From Paramoeba atlantica (taxonomy: Eukaryota; Protista; Discosea), in assembly GCA_977017575.1 (NCBI GenBank), contig CDRNVI010000025.1:163229-227228 (forward strand): a stretch of 64,000 nucleotides of DNA. The letters run 5' to 3'. Below, one piece after another: positions 55,329-64,000 of the stretch. A model generated the notes under the pieces. That model was not told where the DNA came from. It ran no database searches and saw nothing but the letters and a program-made list of their open reading frames with translations. A program made the position numbers and the translations under genes. The first letter of the stretch is position 1; every line of letters starts with the position of its first letter.

Positions 55329-58300
55329 TCATGGGCGCAAACGACCAGTTCGGAATGAATCCAGCCGGTCGTCATGTGTGACGAGTTGGCCAGTGGGATC
55401 TTCATCCGGGAGACGTCGGACCAACATCCGTGCCTGTGAACGCATGAGGGCTATGTTCATACCCCTTATGAGTTGTGCTGTGGCCTGTGCATGGCTCAAA
55501 GTCCCATTAGAGGTTGAAGCTCGGTTTTTCCCGACGCTTTTTATGATGGTCAGGGCACTTTTGGACCAGGATCCAAAAGATTCTACAACCATCGCTTCAA
55601 AACGGTGACCAGCAGCGACAGCTTCTGCTCTCTGCGATATTTTATGTTCCGAGGCGTAGCGCTCGGCGAATGACCCCGCCTTTACCCATGTAGCAGTTCG
55701 GACTAAGTCCGTATATTTGTTTTGCTGGACATGTGTAACTGCGAAGTCAAGGACGAGAGCTGTGCCAAGGTCATAGTTTGGCAAGTAAACGTCACCTGGT
55801 CGTGTCAAGCCGCCTCCCGGACCATGATTTCCTAGCGTCTTTTCCCTCTGAGGAGCCAGCTGCGCCTTACTACACTCTTGCGCAAACTGTAGACAAAGAG
55901 AGTTATGTCGTGCCATGATGCCATGTCCAGATTTGCACACTAGAGCGTGGTCCCCATCGAGTCCGATAGACATTTTACATTTTTCCATGGGACATGGTTG
56001 GACGCTGGGTACAAGTTGTGCTCCGAGCCACCACCTTACCAGTGCGCGGAATTCAGCTGGTGTGAAAGCAAAACCAAGGTCTTTGGATGGAGTGGAAAAT
56101 GCCCAGTCCCCAGCTCCCTTGCCAGACTGTGAAATCCAGCGAGTTCGGGTCTTAATGTCTGCGTTGTAAAATGCTTGCCCGAATTCGTGTTCTGAAATAA
56201 TGTGGCTTAACTGTTTTTGCCGTGGTACTGTGTATTTCTCCGAGGCATAGGTTCCTTCCGGTAAATCCGCCTCGATGTCGTTACTCGTTGGGCGATTATC
56301 TTGTTGGCTGTTGGTGATAGATCCTGTGGTCCGGTCAAGTACCGTGATGCCTAGTGCGTTGTTGAAGTCATGAACTGCATCTTCGAAACCTTCTGCTTCT
56401 TGCGGTTCCCAGGAGTCTTGCTTGGCGCCGAATGTCACTGAAGAAATATAAGCCCCGGAGGCATGTAGCTCGGATGAACGAATGCCAAATCCCCCATGTT
56501 TCTTCAGTCGCTGTGCCTGGGACCTGGAAACATCATCCAAAGGACAGAAAATCCATTCGAGAGTTTTCATTGTTGCTGAGTCAAGGCGAGTGCATAAGTC
56601 CATGAGTTTACGAAAAGGTGTTGTACGCAGTGCATACGTCATTTGGCAAAATCCGGCACATTGACGAAGTAGCGAAAGGGCAACTTGCGGGTCTTCTAGG
56701 CTTTGTATTGCCAGGAGAGTGTCTACAGCGGGGTCGATTGCATGTTCCTCTAGGTAGGTACGACAAAATTCGGAAGAACCTATGGGGCTCCCAAGAATAG
56801 AAAAATTGCCTTGGAAATTCTTTTGTTCGCGAGGGATTTGATAAAAAATGTCTGTCTGCATTGCTGAAGCAGGGTGGGTGATAATTTCGCACTTCTCCGG
56901 GTTGAGAAACATACCCCACTTAGGCCCCACTTCCGCTATCACGCGCAGAGCATTTTGTACTTCGTATGATGGACCTGCCAAGACTCCGTCGTCAAGGTAC
57001 CACATGTGGAGCTGAAGTCCTCCGGACGAAATTTTAATTTCTTCCGAAACTTGGAGCATGACGAGGGAAAAAAGTAGTGGCCCTAAGGGGTCGCCTTGTT
57101 GCGCGCCTTCCTCGGATGAAATTCGGATTTGGCCATAGGTCAGAGCACTTGTAGTACCGTAGCACCACTCCACCCAGCGTGAAAGCTCTGGAAAGTAATG
57201 TCGTGTCAACGCAATGAAGGCGGCACGAGAAACATTGTTGAACGCGTTCTTCAGATCTACTTTACAGAGGACGAAATCGGAGTTCTCAGAATTTTCGTGC
57301 ATTGTTTTTCGACAAAGGTGAATTAGACGCTCAGCTCCAGCAGGTGTGGCTACCCCAAATTGTGTTCCGGCGAAAAGTTCACGTGCCTTCGTTCGTACTG
57401 CTAGACATGCTGCTTTGCTAGTCAAACGGCGTAATGTCTCCCCGGCAGCTATCGGTCGTACACCACTCTCCCCTTTTCTGAGTGCACACAGTCGCGCGCC
57501 AGCAAACGCTTCTTGCACGTCCAACGGTGCTTTGCCTTCGAGGAGGTGATTCGTGAGAGCTGTTAGTGCAGAGAGCGGTGTGACGTCGAGATCTTCATTG
57601 ACGAGTAGTGCAGCTTGAAGGTGTTCTGCCCGCAGCCCCATAGTCCCGCTGGATGACCCTCGGTGAAAACCTTTTAGTGCGTTTCGTACATCCGTTTCTC
57701 CTAGTGTAAGCACCCCCGGGCCTAGGGGAGGCATATCTACGGGCGGCTCAGTGGTGTGACGGGTGGGGTGTTTAAGCAGGAGCTGGGAAAGAGTGTCGTC
57801 GTTATCTGGTGCGAGAGGATCCGCAGTAAGTGCTGCCAATCCCCGTGAAAATTCGCCTTGTCGAACTAAAAGCTCGGCGCGTAGGTTGGCCTTTCGCATC
57901 TCTTCCTCAAGTGAATGCTCGTCAGGTTCTTTGCGAGGCGACCTTTTCTCTTGTTCAACAATTAGTTTTTTCCAGAGGCCGGAGACGTCTCCCTTCTCCC
58001 AGCGTTCGAGGCAGTTACTTACATGTGACGCGTAAGACATGTGCCCTTTGCGCCCGCCCCTTCGGGGTGCTGCTAGGGTGCACTTTGGGAGCATTGCGAG
58101 CTTAGCCCATCCTCCTACACCAGTGCTACCCAGGGCCTCCTTAAGGGTAGTCGTGAGGACACGTGCCCACTGTAGCCGACACCGGTGAGGAATATCCTTG
58201 CAAGTTGCGCGAGGGAGAGCACTAATCTCGGCCAATGTTGGAAGATATTCGATGGCGTCGTTCTCTTGTGTCGGGTTTACAGCTTGTGGGTTCACCTCCT

Positions 58301-58560
58301 CTTGGCAAGGGATGTGAGATGCGATTTTACAGCTCTTCGAGTGTGAGTGTTCTTTCCCTAAGTCGTAGTGGCGATTGCATGTGTGGCATCGGAAACGGCC
58401 TTCTTCTCTCCACCATGAATCCGGAACACTGTCTCCATGATGCGAGGCAATGTGGTTGAAGTATGCTTGCCAACTTCCACCGTGTGATGGCGCGTCCCAA
58501 TTGCAGCCGGGTGCTGGGCAGGCTCTTCGTTGTTGTGATGATTGGAAATAAGGTACAGTT
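55329..58560 (-). CDS. C-family CRE-like ORF, open from a 5' truncation at about 58565 to the stop at 55329
   Basis: Frame stays open upstream of GTG 58295 through both Zn fingers (CPAPGC..HIASHH; CHTC..HSKSC); WYLDDG; RPGDV; structured 3'UTR. Confidence 0.9.
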
Positions 58561-58569
58561 TCAGGTTAA

Positions 58570-59075
58570 GTTTTTTTTTTTTTTTTTTTTTTTGTCTTAA
58601 CAAAACTACGATTTTTTTTTTTGATATCTAGGGAGTTTACGTGTCACTTCTCCTTTTTTTTTATTTATTGGGATTGCCTGCATTGGTTAAATCAGACTTC
58701 TCTTCTTCTCTCTCATATTAAAAACCATATTCCTTTTCCTGCATATTGGAAGAAAGAAACGGACGCATGTGAGCATGCGTTGTTGTTCCGTTTAGTTCCT
58801 GGAGATGCAGAATAAAATGTTGAATCACATCTTCTCTAGGCATTTGGCAACGGTCCGCGAGCGCGTATAGTAGATTGCGTGTGTTTTTATGAAGTGCCCC
58901 TCCGGCGAGCATCGGTATGCATTCGAATTGTCCTGATTCGATCAAACCTGATGCGACATAGGTGTTTTGCTTGCGGGAGATCGCGTCACGCATGAGTTGG
59001 GGGGCCTTTTTGCCTTGATGCGATGGGGCCAATTCATGAACCACGGTGAGGTCATAGAATTTTTCCCCAGAAGCC
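58570..59075 (-). mobile_element. 5'-truncated S-family 3' end with poly(A)
   Basis: Near-identical to 53641-54045; poly(T) tracts from about 58570. Confidence 0.85.
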
Positions 59076-59077
59076 CT

Positions 59078-59270
59078 AAACAAAACAAACAAATCATATC
59101 TCATAATATAAATATTATGTGCCCCCAAGGGCCATTATATCAATCATCCTAAATTTCTAAACGTACACTTATATAAACAAAACAAACAAATCATATCTCA
59201 TAATATAAATATTATGTGCCCCGAAGGGCCATTATATCAATCATCCTAAATTTCTAAACGTATACTTATA
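59078..59270. repeat. Two tandem copies of about 97 bp carrying ATGTGCCCC(C/G)AAGGGCCA
   Basis: Palindromes at 59117-59134 and 59214-59231. Confidence 0.85.
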
Positions 59271-59527
59271 GAGCCTTGGCAGACGCTTGTCTTCTGAACG
59301 CCCGCGAGACGGAACTCTCGTTCAAGCTACTGTTGCACTCATAAGAAATCTTAATTTTTTTTTTTCTTTTCTTTATTTTTTTGAAACTATCCGTAGAAAC
59401 CAATTTGAACAAACTAATAATACTATAACATTCACTGTCGTTTTTTTTTTCCGTTCCTTTAGATATTATGTATATAATAATACACGTCCTTGCAAAAAGT
59501 CTGCTCGTCATTACAATTCGTAGAAGA

Positions 59528-61350
59528 ATTTTTTTTTTTTTTTTTGGCGCTACCCCCCATTGTATGGGGGTAGTTCTAACTAAGCTTACGCGTCTTTGTA
59601 AGCTAAATCTTATAATTCTATATATTTAATATTTGACCTACGATAGTGCTTTGCTCATTTGAGAACACAGCACAGTGCCGTTTAACTCCTGGAGGTGCAT
59701 TATGAAATCTTGCACAACGATATCGGGATCACGCCCGCTAGCATCGGCCAGAGATTTCAGGAGAGCCAGGCCACTTTTGTTCATTGCTCCTCCGGCGAGT
59801 ATTGATACGCATGTAAATTTTTCATGAGGTATTAGATCCGAGTTAACATACGTGTCGACTTTTCGTTTTTCGGCTTCCTGCATTAGCTGATTGCTCCGTT
59901 TACCGAGATTCGTCTTGGATATTTCATTTATGATAGTGAGGTCATAGAATATCTCACCGGACGCCTAGTAAATTGCTAAGTCTGGCCCGCTGCGATGGAA
60001 TGATGCGGTTCCACACTTTTTCTGATGTTCATGTTTGCGCTGTTCATTCACCGATTCATTACATTTCAGGCATCGATAAGTGGTGAATTGTCTCGGTTCC
60101 CGCTCGCATGGGACTCCGGTCTGAAGACAGAGGTCGTAAATATGACGAACGAGAGCATGATGTCGCACGAGAGCATGATCCGGGGATAAGTGGTTCCGCA
60201 ACTGGGCGTACACTTCCGTCCCATTCAGTTCCTGAAGTAGGAGCTTGAACTCCATTTCAGTTGCTCGACGATTTAAGAGTGCCGCGTCGGATAGGACATG
60301 CAACAGAGATCTCGTATTTTGATGAAGAGAGCCGCAGGACAGCACTGGGATGCACTGAAATGCGAAGTCGGGAATTTTTCCGGATGTCACATATGTATCC
60401 CGTTTCCGCTTGATTGCATCTGTAAGAAGCTGGGAGCAAGATTTCGCTTGATTGGAGTTCGATAGCTCGTGCACCACAGTTAGATCATAAAATATTTCCC
60501 CGGTTGACCAATATATCACCAAATCAGGCCCTGAGCGAAACAGCTGACGTCCGGCACATGTTTTGTCATGAATCATTTTGTTGCTTGGAAACACTTTATT
60601 CTTGCAAATTCCGCATTGCCAAGTCGAAAAAGATCGCGGTTCTTTCTCGCATTGTATACCGGCCTTTTGTGCCAAATCGAAGATATACTTAACCAGCCGA
60701 TTGTGCTTCATTGTGGCATTAAGCCCTGTACATTGGACGCATCCGGGGATGTGCTGCAAAGCTGTTTTGTTGTCGAGTAACATACGACAGCCGGGGCACA
60801 GCAGCGATTTCGGGAGTCGAGGATGAGGCATCCCAAGGCGTGTCATGATTGCAATCTGAAATGCACGCGTGGGTACAAATTTAGCATTAGACTGTAACCA
60901 GTCATAGCTTCCTTTCCGTGTGGTGGCATTTAATATTGTGGCTAGCTTGGGATCGTGATCCTTTAAAGCCTCGTACGCTTTCTGGTGCAATTGCGCGGCT
61001 GTTGTTACTTCATCGATTGGGGCGACCACTGCTGTTTGACTCATTCCATTATCCATGATAGCGGATACGTTACTCACATTGCCAGCCCGAGCAGAAATTG
61101 AGTTTTTGCGCTCTAGAGCTAGGTAACGAGAAGTTTCGTATGACGCCGCACGAATACTATGACATGATGTCAGACCGAGGCCTCCTTTCTTTAGCGGCAG
61201 CCGAGCCAATTCGATTTGCTCTTTGGTCATTTCTCCCAACCACTGGTGCAGCACTTTTTCGACGTTGTTGTCGAAACTGAGAGAGACCGCGTCGGTTAAC
61301 GTTGGCTCGTGCACTCTTATGGCGTATTGATGCCTCACATTCATGCTTTT
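59528..61350 (-). pseudogene. Two fused S-family 3' fragments (about 60175-61350 and 59638-60170) ending in a hairpin and poly(A)
   Basis: RLE region occurs twice; junction duplication CATGCTCTCGT; in-frame stop at 59965; hairpin CTACCCCC..GGGGGTAG near 59550-59575. Confidence 0.85.
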
Positions 61351-64000
61351 GGAAGAAAGAGGAAGAAAGAGGAAGAAAGAGGAAGAAAGAGGAAGAAAGA
61401 GGAAGAAAGAGGAAGAAAGAGGAAGAAAGAGGAAGAAAGAGGAAGAAAGAGGAAGAAAGAGGAAGAAAGAGGAAGAAAGAGGAAGAAAGAGGAAGAAAGA
61501 GGAAGAAAGAGGAAGAAAGAGGAAGAAAGAGGAAGAAAGAGGAAGAAAGAGGAAGAAAGAGGAAGAAAGAGGAAGAAAGAGGAAGAAAGAGGAAGAAAGA
61601 GGAAGAAAGAGGAAGAAAGAGGAAGAAAGAGGAAGAAAGAGGAAGAAAGAGGAAGAAAGAGGAAGAAAGAGGAAGAAAGAGGAAGAAAGAGGAAGAAAGA
61701 GGAAGAAAGAGGAAGAAAGAGGAAGAAAGAGGAAGAAAGAGGAAGAAAGAGGAAGAAAGAGGAAGAAAGAGGAAGAAAGAGGAAGAAAGAGGAAGAAAGA
61801 GGAAGAAAGAGGAAGAAAGAGGAAGAAAGAGGAAGAAAGAGGAAGAAAGAGGAAGAAAGAGGAAGAAAGAGGAAGAAAGAGGAAGAAAGAGGAAGAAAGA
61901 GGAAGAAAGAGGAAGAAAGAGGAAGAAAGAGGAAGAAAGAGGAAGAAAGAGGAAGAAAGAGGAAGAAAGAGGAAGAAAGAGGAAGAAAGAGGAAGAAAGA
62001 GGAAGAAAGAGGAAGAAAGAGGAAGAAAGAGGAAGAAAGAGGAAGAAAGAGGAAGAAAGAGGAAGAAAGAGGAAGAAAGAGGAAGAAAGAGGAAGAAAGA
62101 GGAAGAAAGAGGAAGAAAGAGGAAGAAAGAGGAAGAAAGAGGAAGAAAGAGGAAGAAAGAGGAAGAAAGAGGAAGAAAGAGGAAGAAAGAGGAAGAAAGA
62201 GGAAGAAAGAGGAAGAAAGAGGAAGAAAGAGGAAGAAAGAGGAAGAAAGAGGAAGAAAGAGGAAGAAAGAGGAAGAAAGAGGAAGAAAGAGGAAGAAAGA
62301 GGAAGAAAGAGGAAGAAAGAGGAAGAAAGAGGAAGAAAGAGGAAGAAAGAGGAAGAAAGAGGAAGAAAGAGGAAGAAAGAGGAAGAAAGAGGAAGAAAGA
62401 GGAAGAAAGAGGAAGAAAGAGGAAGAAAGAGGAAGAAAGAGGAAGAAAGAGGAAGAAAGAGGAAGAAAGAGGAAGAAAGAGGAAGAAAGAGGAAGAAAGA
62501 GGAAGAAAGAGGAAGAAAGAGGAAGAAAGAGGAAGAAAGAGGAAGAAAGAGGAAGAAAGAGGAAGAAAGAGGAAGAAAGAGGAAGAAAGAGGAAGAAAGA
62601 GGAAGAAAGAGGAAGAAAGAGGAAGAAAGAGGAAGAAAGAGGAAGAAAGAGGAAGAAAGAGGAAGAAAGAGGAAGAAAGAGGAAGAAAGAGGAAGAAAGA
62701 GGAAGAAAGAGGAAGAAAGAGGAAGAAAGAGGAAGAAAGAGGAAGAAAGAGGAAGAAAGAGGAAGAAAGAGGAAGAAAGAGGAAGAAAGAGGAAGAAAGA
62801 GGAAGAAAGAGGAAGAAAGAGGAAGAAAGAGGAAGAAAGAGGAAGAAAGAGGAAGAAAGAGGAAGAAAGAGGAAGAAAGAGGAAGAAAGAGGAAGAAAGA
62901 GGAAGAAAGAGGAAGAAAGAGGAAGAAAGAGGAAGAAAGAGGAAGAAAGAGGAAGAAAGAGGAAGAAAGAGGAAGAAAGAGGAAGAAAGAGGAAGAAAGA
63001 GGAAGAAAGAGGAAGAGAAAGAGGAAGAAAGAGGAAGAAAGAGGAAGAAAGAGGAAGAAAGAGGAAGAAAGAGGAAGAAAGAGGAAGAAAGAGGAAGAAA
63101 GAGGAAGAAAGAGGAAGAAAGAGGAAGAAAGAGGAAGAAAGAGGAAGAAAGAGGAAGAAAGAGGAAGAAAGAGGAAGAAAGAGGAAGAAAGAGGAAGAAA
63201 GAGGAAGAAAGAGGAAGAAAGAGGAAGAAAGAGGAAGAAAGAGGAAGAAAGAGGAAGAAAGAGGAAGAAAGAGGAAGAAAGAGGAAGAAAGAGGAAGAAA
63301 GAGGAAGAAAGAGGAAGAAAGAGGAAGAAAGAGGAAGAAAGAGGAAGAAAGAGGAAGAAAGAGGAAGAAAGAGGAAGAAAGAGGAAGAAAGAGGAAGAAA
63401 GAGGAAGAAAGAGGAAGAAAGAGGAAGAAAGAGGAAGAAAGAGGAAGAAAGAGGAAGAAAGAGGAAGAAAGAGGAAGAAAGAGGAAGAAAGAGGAAGAAA
63501 GAGGAAGAAAGAGGAAGAAAGAGGAAGAAAGAGGAAGAAAGAGGAAGAAAGAGGAAGAAAGAGGAAGAAGAGGAAGAAAGAGGAAGAAAGAGGAAGAAAG
63601 AGGAAGAAAGAGGAAGAAAGAGGAAGAAAGAGGAAGAAAGAGGAAGAAAGAGGAAGAAAGAGGAAAAGAGGAAGAAAGAGGAAGAAAGAGGAAGAAAGAG
63701 GAAGAAAGAGGAAGAAAGAGGAAGAAAGAGGAAGGAAAGAGGAAGAAAGAGGGAGAAGAGGAAGAAAGAGGAAGAAAGAGGAGAAAGAGGAAGAAAGAGG
63801 AAGAAAGAGGAAGAAAGAGGAAGAAGAGGAGAAGAGAAGAAAGAGGAAGAAAGAGGAAGAAAGAGGAGAAAGAGGAAGAAAGAGGAAGAAAGAGGAAGAA
63901 AGAGGAAGAAAGAGGAAAGGAAGGAAGAGGAAGAAGAGGGAAGGAGAAGAGGAAGAAGAGGAAGAAGAGGAGAAGAGGAGAGAGGAGAGAGGAAGAGGAG
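61351..64000 (+). repeat. About 265 copies of 10-bp GGAAGAAAGA, pure purine, degenerating over the last ~400 bp
   Basis: Visible directly. Confidence 0.95.

Noticed and set aside
4703-58459. Numerous 60-200 aa plus-strand ORFs opposite RT genes
   Set aside because: Antisense shadows of long coding sequences, with no domain motifs.
58545-58560. SL-like CTGTACCTTATT
   Set aside because: Only 12 nt with a mismatch, and it lies in the open coding frame (PETVPYFQ) at a position equivalent to PQY in the paralog.
1-64000. Host protein genes, rRNA, tRNA
   Set aside because: None recognised; every long ORF carries retroelement motifs, and I saw no tRNA cloverleaf or rRNA signature by eye.

Overview
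This is a eukaryotic window, most likely euglenozoan (kinetoplastid/diplonemid-like), made almost entirely of retroelements. I found no host gene, rRNA, tRNA or CRISPR array. Three classes are stacked, nested and mostly on the minus strand. (1) Tyrosine-recombinase retroelements of VIPER/TATE/Ngaro type (gag, YR nested inside pol, RT-RNase H). (2) Two families of CRE/SLACS-clade non-LTR elements with a C-terminal restriction-like endonuclease, here called S and C. (3) One plus-strand RTE-like LINE (APE-RT-RNase H) that carries about 1.45 kb of 18-bp tandem repeats inside its 13-bp target-site duplication (TSD). A structured SINE-like element with a (CAT)n tail sits inside two C elements. The window ends in about 2.65 kb of (GGAAGAAAGA)n fused to a 5'-truncated element. 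Strongest leads: a kinetoplastid-type spliced leader at the 5' ends of several elements of both CRE families; an Ataxin-2/Pbp1 LsmAD-like segment at the N-terminus of C proteins; a Tudor-like module shared by all three classes; a triple covarying RNA motif in the SINE; and TSD-level evidence that several RNA fragments were concatenated in single insertion events. Nesting was reconstructed by hand from TSDs and restored reading frames. Family and domain names come from remembered motifs, not database searches.
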